Source: Felis catus
Lineage: Eukaryota
DNA length: 64,000 bases
Direction of reading: 5' to 3'
Assembly: GCF_018350175.1 (NCBI RefSeq)
Contig: NC_058368.1
Location: 32,490,001-32,554,000 of the forward strand
Each line of letters begins with the position of its first letter. Positions within the stretch are counted from its first letter, which is position 1. The notes beneath the pieces were generated by a model that was not told where the DNA came from, did not search any database, and saw only the letters and a program-made list of their open reading frames with translations. Of the stretch, positions 1 to 11,974 are shown one piece after another. The translations under genes were made by a program, and so were the position numbers.

Positions 1-555
1 TGGTGATGAAATATACAAGACTTGGGACAAGGCTCGTCTTCATTTGTATCATTACTGAGAATCTACCTGTTTCCTGACAGCTTTTATTTGTTCTCTTCAT
101 TTTCATAAGTGCACTGAGTATGAGTTCTTTAGAGCACTCATTCCCTTATATCATATATTTTTATTCTCTGGTCTATCATCTATCATTTTGTATATATATG
201 AGAGAAAGGTCACATTTCCTCTATGGCTTATATAAATTGCACAATGTTATATCTTTGATAATCAGATACCGAACATATTGAGCAAGAAATCTTGCGTCTT
301 AAAATAGCATATTAAATGCACAGATTTAGGGATTTTCTAGAGGAAACTTCTTATGAGCAGATAAGTGATGAATGATGAGATGCTCTAGACTTCTTGGAAA
401 AATCTACTCAAATGGTTATTCTACAAGGACAGTCACCTATAGGTGAGTATCCTCCTAACTTTGTTTTCATTTTTCCTAATGATTCTATTTTATGTGTATA
501 TCATGTTGTTGTCTTGATGGCTGATGGACAATTGGGATGAAAATGGGAAGACATT

Positions 556-1109
556 TTAATGATACAGTTTCAATGATACTAAGATTATAAAAGTGTCCTC
601 CCCACACTCAGTATTACAGGAGATATAGATTTCTCCCATCATGATGGTACATAACAAATTATCAGTAGAATTTTCCAAGATGGTGTGATCCAAATTGGTC
701 ATTGCTTTCTGTATGTTATCTGGGATGCCACATGTGAGATTAATTACCATAGAAACTTACATTCCACTCTACACTACAATATATATGATATACATACTAT
801 ACCTATACAGGTAATTTGCATTTTTCTCCTTATATGTCAGAGCATTTAAAGTTTCAGATGATATCTTAGGAATAAATGTTATGAGACATTAAAAAATTAT
901 TAAATTAAAATTTTTGTTCCTGCACACTTAAGCTGTTTTGGTAAACAAAAGCAGAATTTCATGAATGGTAACTTATGCAAATAAAGTACAAATGCCTGAA
1001 GTAATTGACTGGTTTCATATGAGTAAACATTTCACCCAACTAGTGAGGAGGTTTTTTTATACTATCTGAATTTTGCTTCTGGGGTTCCAAAGACATGCCA
1101 TTGAACAAC
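556..1109 (-). pseudogene. Last two exons (1036-1109; 556-802): C-terminal part of START repeat 4
   Basis: 1109->1036 reads LFNGMSLEPQKQNSDSIKKPPH*L (donor gtgaaa, weak acceptor). From 802 it reads GIVCISYIL*CRVECKFLW, then shifts frame into ORF 556-750, VINLTCGIPDNIQKAMTNL. Compare STARD3 RVCTFVWILNTDLKGRLP and STARD4 TDLRGMIPQSAVDTAM (from memory). Ends at TAA 556-558. Confidence 0.6.
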
Positions 1110-2129
1110 CTGTATCCCTTCAACCTCAATATCATTAGAATAATGTATTCAAGAGTAATAAATCTCACATAATACCTGAACAAATAATAGGAGGAAGCAT
1201 ACATACATACTCATGCAAACGTACAGCTATCTATGCCTAGTACCATCATGATAGTCACAAGGGTATGTTTCCTTTCTGCTACTTAAGATTGACCCATTCA
1301 CCCTGCTCCCAACTTATACTCCTATCTTATAGTTATTATTTTCTGCTTTCAATGTTTAATTGCTCTATCTTTAGTGCTACTCCCCTAAGGATTATAATAG
1401 GTTCAAAAACTTTATAAAACTAATGACCTAATGAAACAAACACAAAACAATTTTTGACACTTTACCTCCCTTTAAGGTCCGTAGACACCATCTCTATTTC
1501 TTCTCCTCTCATTCAATTCTTGACCTATCAGTATCTAGATATGTATTCTTTTTATATGGAATTGTAATCTCTTATAAAGTTAGAACTGAGATGTGGAATG
1601 AACACATACACAAAATGGAAAGTTTCTGTAAGAAATCTATGCTAGCTATGATCCATCTATCTATCCACCTGCATACTTACAGTGACAGAGAGATCTGATC
1701 TTTTCCCTAGGTTGGCAGGGGTGGTAGAAAGAGAATAGTGTCTTTTCTAAAAATTAAGATAAGGCCCAAAGACAAATTACTGCTGGTGAGAATGCTAATG
1801 CTCAATCTTTTCCAAATTATCTATGTAGAAGAAAATATTTTTCAATCTATCACAAACCATTACTTTTTAAAAATATAATAAAAGGCAATATATAAAAATA
1901 AAATGAAGTAAAAGTCATATTGAATAAAAATTCATAATATTGTCAACAGAACCAAAATTATCATATTAAATTGTTAGCAAAACATCTAAATTCTTACTCT
2001 CATTTTTGGTATTTATGTTACAGTCTATGACCAAACAGTTCTCATATCAGCTTGGGCCCAAGAACCATTGCTGTATAATGGCACTGTCCAGAATTTTTTT
2101 TCTTTCCTCATGTGTGACTATCCATTATA

Positions 2130-3650
2130 ATGAAAAGGGATTAAAAAACAAAGTAATGAGGAGTTGGAGGCATCAATATCTCACTTTCAGTAACACATAT
2201 AACAACTAGATAGAAGACTAAAAAGAATTGGGAGGCTTGAACAAAACTATAAGACCTAGCAGACTTCTATATAACACTCTACCCCAAAACACGAGAATAC
2301 ACATTCGTGTGTACTGCAGTGCACATGAAATATTCTCCAGGAGAAATCATAATATATATTAAGCCATAAAATAAGTCTCAATAAGGTTAGAAGAAATTGA
2401 AAACATACAAAATATATTTATTCACAACTGAATAAAATTTAAAGCAGTAATTGAAAGATATTCAGGAAATTCACATTATGTGAATTTTAAACATATTTTT
2501 AAAGCATCAAAGAGTTACAGAAGAAATATAAAAGGAAATTAGAACATACGTTGAGATGGATGAAAATGAAAACAACATACCAACACGTATGAGAGTCACC
2601 TCAAGCATTGTTTAGATGTAATAGCTATACAATCTTGAAAAAGAACAAAGCCGTAGGACTCCTCAATTTCAAAACTCTCTCACTGACATTTATCTCCTAT
2701 CTTTTGATAACAACCATCTTAACAGAAGTGAGGCAATACGCATTGTGATTTTGAATTGCATTTCACTGATGATTAGTGATGCTGAGTATCTTTTTATACA
2801 CCAGTTGGCCATTTGTATGTTTTCTTTGGAAAATTGTTCATTCCTTTGTCCATTTTTAATTTAGTTATTTGAGTTTAATGATATATATATATATATATAT
2901 GTTTAATGATATATATGTGATATATATATGATATATATATGATATATATATTTAAAAATATATAATGATTTATATATTTTCAGTCTTAATCCCTGATTTC
3001 AGATATGTGGTTTGCAAATATTTTCCTTTCCTGTAGGTTGTGTTTTTGTTTTGTTGATTGTTGCCTTTGCTGTACAGAAGATTTTTTTGTTTGGAATAGT
3101 TCCTACTTGTTTGTTTTTGCTTTTATTGCCTGTGATTTTGGTTACAGACCTAACAATTTAGGTTTATTCCCAAGAGAACTGAAAGTTTATTGTTACATGC
3201 AAAGTTGAACATGATTATTCATAATAGACAAAAAGTAGTAATAACCCAAAGTATGTCAATGAATGGATGGATAAAAAATGTGGATTTTCCATAAAATGAA
3301 ATATTATTTAGCCATAAAGAAGTAAAGTATTGATACACAGGACTATTTGGATGATATTCTTAGCATTATTCTATGACACAGAGGGCAGCACAAAAGACCA
3401 CACATTGAATGATCAAAGCAGAGTAATCAAATACATAGAGAACACATTAGGGGTTGCCAGGCATTGGAAGGAGAGAGAAATTGAAAAGTGACTGACAATG
3501 GAGATGAGCTTTTTTGAGGGAATGATGAAAATATTCTGGATTTAGAAAATGGTAATGGTTGCACATATTTGTGAATATACTAATAAGCACTGAACTACAT
3601 TTTCAAAGGGTCATTTTCATGTTCTATGAATTATACTGCAATTTAAGAAA
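2130..3650. mobile_element. Old L1 fragments (+ ORF2 piece ~2130-2650; - piece ~2690-3140; + 3' end ~3160-3650)
   Basis: L1-like text: gaatacacattc...gcacatgaaatattctccagga; gtgattttgaattgcatttcactgatgattagtgatgctgag; aatgaatggatggataaaaaatgtgg...gatgaaaatattctgga. Confidence 0.75.
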
Positions 3651-4994
3651 TAGGTGAAGAAAATGAAAAAATAAAATAATCATATAGATTCAATCATATA
3701 GATTCTAAAACTAGAACAAAAACAGCAATTTTAACAATAACAATGAAAACAAAGAATATTTATTTGAAACAGAACAAGTAATTCCCATATATAGGCCTTG
3801 TTTAGATCACCATCAAAACAAATGAACTACAAAAAAAGCATTTGGGGGCAATTACAGAAATTTTAACACAGCTGCTAATTAGTTGATGCAGAACAATTAT
3901 TGTAAATTTATTTCACTATGATAATGATATTGCAGTTATTCAAGAAAATGTCCTTATTTTTCAGTATTTTATATTGAAATATTTAGAGATGAAATGTCAT
4001 GATATCTTGAATTTGCTTTAAATACCTCAATGAAAAGAAAAAAAATAAGAAACAAATGTTCAAAAATATGAGTAATTCTTAAATCTACATGGTATATGTA
4101 TCATGGTTTATCTTGCCATTATCTCTTCTTTTATGTTTGAAGATATTCATTATAAAGCATCTTTTAAATAACAAACTTTATCAAATTTTAGAAAGTAAAA
4201 GAATGCTAAAATCTTGGATTTTATCACATAAAAATTTCCATTATTGACAATATGTTTGCTGTTTTAATTCTCGATATTATGTTTCTATCACATATATGAA
4301 CAATGATCATTAAAAAAAAGTAAAAACAAAGTACAATAAATAACCTTGATCTTAATCTTGCTCACTAATAAAACACAATATAAACAATGCCCATTGGAAG
4401 AGACAAAACATTTTAAACAGAGATCCAGTCTTAGTTCACTGATTTTAAAAGCTTATTCTCCATATCTAGCATTATCATGCTTTGTTTTATAACGGCTTCT
4501 ATATCAGGCACAGAATCTCAATATTATTTGATTAGAACATCTCTTCTAAATGCCAGCCTATCTTACTTCTCACTTCAATTCTGTGCCTCAGTTTTCATTT
4601 ATACATTTGTTCCTGACAGAAATATTCTGAAGTTACACGTGTTCTTTAAGGGCCAATGTTATTACTGCCTTATCAATATCATTTCCCACATTTAGCTAGG
4701 TCTAAAAGTATGCCAAATTTCTGGGACTAGCTTTAGAGAAGTTTGTAAAGGCTAAGTTAAACTTTCCTTTCATGTTGGGAAATGCCTTTTATTAAAACAC
4801 GCTAGTCTTTTTTTTTCTTTTTTAGGTGTTGAAATTCTGATTGCTTGGAAAATGTCTTTATCATAAAAATAGATGCTCAGATACTAGCATAAAATTGTAT
4901 GCAAGATATTCTCTTCAGGAATGTCAAGCAATCAAAAGAAATGATTACTTCTCTCAACTGCTGCAAAGGGCCTGTAACCCCTTTCTTTTTGTAC

Positions 4995-5234
4995 CTTTCA
5001 CATGAACTACAATTTATTCTTTTATCTGTTATTAGTTTTTCCTCAAATGACATCAAATAAACGTTTTCCACATCACCATAATACCTCAATTCTTCATTCT
5101 TGCAATAGAAATAGAACTGAAGAAAATCTGTAAACTTTGTCTCTAGCTTTTCTGTCAATGTAAAACATTTGCTCCACGGTATTAAAGGTAGTCCCATAAG
5201 TCTTAACAGTTTCTGTGCATAAAATCTTGCGACT
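4995..5234 (-). pseudogene. Exon of START repeat 4 (stop-free, 240 nt)
   Basis: Acceptor ctctttttgatgccatattag. Reads VARFYAQKLLRLMGLPLIPWSKCFTLTEKLETKFTDFLQFY...LMSFEEKLITDKRINCSSCER and overlaps ORF 4877-5197. Possible donors give exon ends at 5085 (gtatta) or 4995 (gtacaa), both phase 2. PWSKCFT resembles STARD3 LWNKTVT. Confidence 0.7.
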
Positions 5235-5736
5235 CTAATATGGCATCAAAAAGAGATGTGAGCATTAACCCACACTAAATATATATATTTAATCACTGAG
5301 ATTTTTTAAAAGTATGGTTAAAACTCAATATGACAAAGCATCTTGGGCACTGACACATATATTAAATTTTTGTCAAGTTATTTAGTACTTTATTTCAACA
5401 TATTGTTAATATTGTTCATAACACTGAGAAAATTACCCAATAGTGAGATTTTATCATTATTATTATGAGGAAATTGAAGTAATAGGCTTAGCAATCGCTG
5501 TTATATTCAAAGAGAGTAAAATGCCCAACTTGTGAAGAGTAATTTTTAAATTTATATTATTTATTTAATTTTAAGGAAAATGTAGTGATATAATTTTTTG
5601 AGAAAAAATGGTGTACAAGATGACAGAGAAAGGTGGTCTAGATTGGAAATAGAAAAGTAAATATAATCAGTTAATCAAGATATTCTAGATGTGAGTTTGA
5701 TATCTAGTTAGGTCATATTAAGAATAATAACATCAA

Positions 5737-5905
5737 GGGGCACCTGGGTGGCTCAGTCGGTTGAGCATCAGACTTTAGCTCAGGTCATGATCTCACAGTT
5801 GGTGGGTTCAAGCTCCACATTGGGCTCTGTGGTGACAGCTCAGAGCCTGGAGCCTGCTTCATATTCTTTCTCTCTGTCTCTCAAAAATAAGCATTAATTT
5901 TTTTA
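5737..5905 (+). mobile_element. Can-SINE (SINEC_Fc-like)
   Basis: ggggcacctgggtggctcagtcggttgagc head, CT-rich segment, A-rich tail. 17-nt TSD aagaataataacatcaa at 5720-5736 and 5906-5922. Confidence 0.95.
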
Positions 5906-5939
5906 AAGAATAATAACATCAAAAAGATTCTTCATAACT

Positions 5940-6150
5940 GGGGTGTCTGGGTGCATCAGTCAGTTAAGTGTCGAACTTCAGCTCAGGTTATGATCTCGTG
6001 GTCCCTGGGTTTGAGCCTCGTGTCAGGCTGTTTGCTTACAGCTCAGAGCCTGGAGCCTGCTTCGGATTCTGTGTCTCTCTCTCTTTCTGTTCCTCCCCCA
6101 CTTATACTCTGTCTCTCTCCCTCAAAAATAAGTAAACATTAAAATTACTT
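5940..6150 (+). mobile_element. Can-SINE
   Basis: SINE consensus-like body; imperfect TSD aaaaagattct(t/g)cataa. Confidence 0.92.
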
Positions 6151-6294
6151 TAAAAAGATTCTGCATAATGAACCATTATAAAAAAGATACTCTATTTCAC
6201 TGTAGCTGCTTAAAGTGCAAAATAATATTTCTAACATAAAATCATATTTATCCAAGTGAGTACGGAATTTTCTCAATGACAGAGACTCTAGCAG

Positions 6295-6844
6295 ATTAAA
6301 GATGGAAACATTTGACATTTTTCCCATCAAGTAATATGTGTGCTTTCTCCTCCCTTTCAATTTGAATGGGCTCTATAATTGCTTTAACCAATAGACTATG
6401 GCAGAATGGACACTGTGCCAGTTTCCTTTCACTGGCCTTAAGAGCTGAGAGGTTTCATTTTATAAATCTTGAAAGATTTATATTTAAATTCCAGGAGCAC
6501 ATGGAATTTACAGTTCCTGTGTGAGACATTCATTCACCTGGTAGAAAGAACACATGGAAAAATACGGAGACTACAGTGGAAAGGGCGATGGGCCTAGCTT
6601 TGCAGGCCTCTCTACCAAGATGCCTATAATGTGAGTAAAGGCATTTGGGGTTCTCCATTCAAGTCAAGCCACCTACAGAATATCACATGCCAAAGTCATT
6701 CAAAATCATGTAGAGCAGAAGACTTGGCCAGCGAGCTGTTCATATCACTGACCCACAAAATCATGAGATGTAGTAAGATAGTTGCTGATTTACCTGATAA
6801 GTTTTGGGGTAGTTTGTTATGTAGAAAAAATGAAAATCAGAACA
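6295..6844 (+). mobile_element. MaLR (MLT1-type) solo LTR
   Basis: ttgctttaaccaatagactatggcagaa and 3' end aagttttggggtagtttgttatgtag...aatcagaaca. Confidence 0.75.
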
Positions 6845-7984
6845 GTGACCGGACTCATTCAACACTACTGAGCATGTACCCTTATCCTCTATCTGAAGAT
6901 ACTTATTTATAAACCAAAATGTTAAAGATTCTTCCTAACAATCACCATTCCAAGGGAGTTCTTTCAGAAGGGGAAGTGTAATGGTTGCTCCTTTTCGCAG
7001 TACAAATGCACCAAATTCATTTTTACGTGTGTGTTTCTAGCCTAAAATGTAGAGTTCCGCTGTATATGAGTGTTTCATTTAGTTCTTATCAGTATGCTTA
7101 GGGGTAAGAACTGGGTATTGGCAACCGGAGGGATACTGTTTACTTATAAGTAAATGATAAAAATATCCTGTATTTTACAAACCTTGCATGTGAATTCAGG
7201 ACATTAATTAATGTGGATATTAAAGACCTAACGTACTTGTTTGCCAGAAATTAGCTCCAAGGGCATATCTTGCTTCTAAGATGACTGGGATCTTTAGGTT
7301 GACTGCCAGAGAAGGCTAAAATATTATTACTATGTAAAAAAGAAAAAAATCATATTGGAGGAAAACTGGCACTCTTGGCCCCAATGTATAGTAGATACAT
7401 ATCACTGTTAGAGACATGTTAACACTATGGCAAAAACAATGTCAAGTCATTAAGATTTATGTTTGCAATTATATATTTACTGTATACCATTGGTTCAAAA
7501 TATACTTTTTCACATTTTCCTATTTTATGTATGTACTTCTTTTTGTCAGTTCTTCTGATTTCTGTTTCCTTCCAATTTTTGTCATGTCACCACACTGACC
7601 CATACTTAGTCTTTCATCATTAAGTATGATGTTAACTAAATTTTCTATATTGCCCCTTATTAAGTTAAAGAAATTCCCTTCTATTTCTAACTTGCTGAGC
7701 ATTAGTATCATGTCTGGATGTTAAATTTTGCCAAATGCTTTTTCTGATGCTTTCAGATGATTTCTAAAGTTTATGAACATAAGTTAAAATGATTGATTTA
7801 TATGTGTAACAACAAACTTGTATTTATGAAATATATTTCAATTAGTCAAGATGCCAAGATGTATTTTCTATTTTTTTCCGGGGGGAGAGAGGTATTTTTA
7901 ATACGACTTGCTAAGGTTTTGTTAAGAATTTTAGCATATATATTTAAAAGGGATATGAATTTTAGTTTTCTTTTCTTTTCTTTC

Positions 7985-8172
7985 TTTTTTTTTTTTTAAT
8001 TTGTTTTGAGAGCGAGCCAGTGGGGAGGGGCAGAAAGAGAGAAGGACAGAGTTTCTGAAGCAGGCTCTGCGCTGACAGCAGCAGGCCGGATGTGGGACTT
8101 GAACTCACTAACTGTGAGATCATGACCTGAGCTGAAGTTGGACACTCAACCAACTGAGCCACCCAAGTGCCC
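7985..8172 (-). mobile_element. Can-SINE
   Basis: Reverse SINE ending caactgagccacccaagtgccc, with a poly-T tail on the left. Confidence 0.93.
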
Positions 8173-8256
8173 CTAGTTTTATCTTCTTATAATGTCTTAA
8201 TTTAGTTTTGGTATCAGGATAACGTTGACATCATTCAATGAACTGTTAAATATCCC

Positions 8257-8783
8257 TGTGATGATGAATTTTATGCGTCAATTTGATTGGCTTATAGGAT
8301 GACCAGATAATCTGGTGAAACATTATTTCTGGCAGTATCTGTAGGAGTTTTCTGGAAAAGATTAGTATTTGATTCAATAGATTGAATAAAGAGGTTCACC
8401 CTCACCAACATGGGCAGGCATCATTCAATCCCTTGAGGGTTCAACTGGAGCAAAAAAAAAAAAGGAAAAAGAGGGTAAATCATTTCTTTCTTCTGGAGCT
8501 GGAACTTTGATCTTGTCCTGCCTTCAGACATTAGAGCTGTTGGCTGTCCTGCTTTTGGACTCTGGGAATTAACCATTGGCTCCCCTGGTTCTCAGGCCTT
8601 CAGCCTAGCACTGAATTATAACCCTGGTTTTCCTGACTCTCCAGCATGCAGATGGCAGATTGTGGGAGAGTTCTTGGCCTCTATAACTATATGAGACTAT
8701 TCCTATCATAAATCTCTTGTATCTGTCTATTTTTAATATAGAGCCTATTGGTTCTGTTTTTCTGGAGAACCTCTGCTAATATA
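8257..8783 (+). mobile_element. MLT2 (ERVL) solo LTR
   Basis: Starts tgtgatgatgaattttatgcgtcaatttgattggc and ends cctattggttctgtttttctggagaacctctgctaata, typical MLT2 termini. Confidence 0.85.
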
Positions 8784-9761
8784 TACCCCTTCTGAATTTT
8801 CTGGGCATGTTTGAGTAGAGTTAGTATTATTCCTTTTAAATATTTGGTATATTTTTCCAATGAAGATATCTGAATCTAGAGTTTTCTTTGTGGAGAAGTT
8901 TTAATTACAAATTAAATTATTCTTAATAGCTAAACACGTATTCTTGAGTGAGATTTCAAATATTTGTTTTTCAAGAAATTTTCTCATATTTCCTAATCTA
9001 AATTAATGTTGTGTTTTCAGTGTTGGGGTCTTATTCCAAAATTTGTGCCCTAATTTGTCATATTCCATTGACTCTAATCCAAGTCATTCTCATTTTATTT
9101 TACTTTATCTTATTTTATTTTTTTTAAGGTATCAGACATCCTTACTGCAATTTCAGCTGGGATAATTGGTACAGTTGACACTTATCCACAACTTTTATAA
9201 CTATTACACACTGTTTAAATGGATGTGCTTTTATAGGGATTATAAAAATAATTTAGGGATGATATAGTATTCCTGAAAATTCCTTCACTTAGCTTACATA
9301 TATGACATATTCCTTTAATTAAGGGAGGACTTATTTTTTGAAGCCAAAAACATGAAGTGTGTTTGATATAGATTGATTAGGGCTTGATTAGTAAATATGA
9401 ATAATAATTAATTTAGCAGATATAAGAACATCTGGGTAAAATTTGCCAAGTTTTCTTATATAATTTCTTTAATGTTTATCTTTTCTACTTGGAAAGTAAG
9501 TAGTTCATTAGTGTTTTGTCCTAAGTGTAAGTTAAATAATTTATATATGCCTTTAGTTAAAGAAGACATTTAATTCAAGTATTATATATGGAGACTGCTC
9601 TGTAGAGAATAAATATCAGCTTATTTATAAATGAATTCTAAAAAGTCTTTGATAAAGAAATGTCAAACTGTCATGGAATTTTTTGAAAAATAATTAATTC
9701 AATAATTACAAACCAAAATGCATGTACAATGTGCCATGTTTAAAATTCTCAAGTACTTTTA

Positions 9762-9891
9762 GCGACCAACTTCGGCTCAGGTCATGATTTCACAGCTCAT
9801 GAGTTTGAGACTCTCGTGGGGCTCCATGCTGACAGCTCAGAGCCTGGAGCCCACTTCAGATTCTGTGTCTCCTTCTCTCTGCCCCTCTCCT

Positions 9892-9927
<36 letters not shown>

Positions 9928-9955
9928 AAATAAAAATGAACACGAAAAAAAAATA
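9762..9955 (+). mobile_element. 5'-truncated Can-SINE
   Basis: cttcggctcaggtcatgat body, (CT)n, A tail; TSD-like aaatt(c/t)tcaagtact. Confidence 0.9.
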
Positions 9956-9999
9956 AATTTTCAAGTACTAATATATGTACTATAAAAATAGGCTAAAAA

Positions 10000-10200
10000 G
10001 GGGCACCTGGGTGGCTCAGTTGGTTAAGCTTTTGACTCTTGGTTTCAGTTCAGGTCATGATCACATGGTCCCTGGGATCGAGCCCTGTGTCAGGCTCCTC
10101 CACACTAACAGCATGGGGCCTGCTTGGGATTCTCTCTTTCCATGTCTCTATGTCCCTCCCTGCCCTCTCTCTCAAAATAAATAAATAAACTGAAAAAAAT
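10000..10200 (+). mobile_element. Can-SINE
   Basis: ggggcacctgggtggctcagttggttaag head and aaataaataaa tail. Confidence 0.93.
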
Positions 10201-10416
10201 ACTCTAGGTACACAGGAAGGAAAAACAACATTAGTTTAAAGATATTAGTAAGTGGTTTTATGGATTTATGTTTTGGAAGACTGGGGAAATGATTTCAGGC
10301 AATCTAGATTATAATTTCAGCCAAAGATATGTCAACCTTCGTATATTTTCATTCCATGTAATAGAAGATTGAATTTCATTGCAAATAGTATCAAAAACTG
10401 CAATACCAGGACTCAC

Positions 10417-11452
10417 CCATAGGATATGAAGTAAACCTTTATTAGTTTATGAAACAAGTTGCTTTTAGAATACATAATTAGACATAGTCAATAACTGAAA
10501 ATTTCTAGTTCAAAGCTCATATCACTAGTTATCATTTTCTATATTTGCATTTAACCTATCAGGTGCTGTCATACTTAGGTTGTAATTACTAAAATCTGTT
10601 ATAGCTATGACACTTTGCTCCTTTAGTAATTCTTTCTAATATTCTGCATTAAAAGAAGATGGTCATTATTTAGCCTAAAAAATATATTATTTCTATACAA
10701 TATCAAAGAAAAGTAATGAAACATTGAGAATGTATTCATAAACGTCTCTGTTTATTAGAATAATAATACCCTAGAATCTGGTGGATTTTTTCCATTACTA
10801 ATAGAAGTATTCTCTTCAATTTTCATTATTCATACAAATGGAAAAGAATAAGATTTTAACATTCTTACGCCCTATTTACTAAAAATTGTAAAACAGCTAA
10901 AAATTTTCAGTGCCCTAATACGTATAGTATGAAACACCACTCTTTCAGGCTCCTTCAATTTTACCATCTGTGTATTTACATATGGGCAAATTAATATCAA
11001 AACTAAATCTCATTGTAATGAACTAACACAATTTTGCAATTGTAGGAATAATGAAGTCAGTATAGTGTCTTTATCTGAATAATCTTGTTTAATTTTATTC
11101 AGGAAAATCTTGAAAATCTGTTTCTAATAATATATTTTTGTTTTGATGTGAATCCCTTCAATTGTGGTCTTGGATGAAAGTGATTTAAGAATGGAAATGG
11201 CATTTGCTCGTTCTTACCTATAAGTGATTTGCCTTGGCATCCTGGACCTTCGATTTTGTAGAAAAGATTGGTAATTACAAAAAAAGAGAAAATATTGGAA
11301 TTATAAACAAGAAAGCAGGGCACATTTGTACAGATTTACATGATGTTCTCTCTTATGTTACATAAACTCCAAATCAATTAATGTCTTGAACAACATACAC
11401 ATACCTCCAGGGGACATATCAAATACCATGTTTCATTAAAGGTTAAATTAGA
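10417..11452 (-). pseudogene. Three micro-exons (11405-11452, 11218-11247, 10417-10461): start of START repeat 4
   Basis: 48, 30 and 45 nt, all multiples of 3, with donors gtatgt, gtaaga, gtgagt. The phase-2 frame reads LI*PLMKHGI*YVPWR|SRMPRQITYS|NLFHKLIKVYFISYG and joins the 5234 exon in frame. Confidence 0.65.
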
Positions 11453-11936
11453 CTGAAAAGATATCAAAAAAATATAAAATTCACAGTTTTCCATAAAGAA
11501 TAACCATAAGCACAACAGAATTAGATCTAATTCTTTATTATCCATTTAATGTATTTATTTGTATTCTTTTATCAATAATTTTCTTACATTCAGCTAATAG
11601 TACCATTAGCTTTAGTTTTGTGGTATTTTAATATTAGCATTTGCTTTGTTCATATGATGTTTTATGTCTATGTTAATTATCCAAATACAGAGGAAGTCAT
11701 TTTAGAATAAAGCAAAGAAAATCAAAGCAAAGCAAACATAAAGCACAAAAATCAAAACAAAAACAACCACATAGTATTTTTGATTTTTTAAATTATTCTT
11801 CGGTACTTACCCCATGGGTCTGTACATAGCAGGTGTTCAATGTATGATTTGCAAGCAAGTTAGTAAGGGAGAAGCAAATAAAATTATGATTAAGAATATT
11901 TTCTTCTTTATTGGTTAAATTTTGTGTTTCTGTGTG

Positions 11937-11938
<2 letters not shown>

Positions 11939-11971
<33 letters not shown>
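11939..11971. repeat. (GT)n microsatellite
   Basis: Read directly. Confidence 0.97.

Positions 11972-11974
<3 letters not shown>

Larger units (their letters stand above)
7600..9000 (-). mobile_element. Old L1 ORF2 fragment interrupted by a SINE and an MLT2 LTR
   Basis: Antisense L1 text (taagttaaagaaattcccttctatttctaacttgctgag; tttggtatcaggataacgttgac) continues on both sides of the inserts. Confidence 0.75.

Noticed and set aside
341..810. Plus-strand exon-like pieces with donors at 443 (gtgagt) and 811 (gtaatt), vaguely V2R-like peptide
   Set aside because: Multiple stops and no consistent plus-strand chain; the minus strand explains 556-802 better.
4827..4975. Strong plus-strand acceptor (ttttttag at 4826), and a similar one at 9128
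   Set aside because: Early stops and no partner exons; most likely T-runs in AT-rich DNA.
11103..11270. Plus-strand IVVLDESDLRMEMAF resembling DEAD-box motif II
   Set aside because: Isolated, needs a frameshift, no other helicase motifs nearby, and it overlaps a minus-strand exon with good splice sites.
11805..11860. Minus-strand gtaagt donor with an 8-nt candidate exon
   Set aside because: Sits in a MIR/L2-like tail and would break the phase of the chain.
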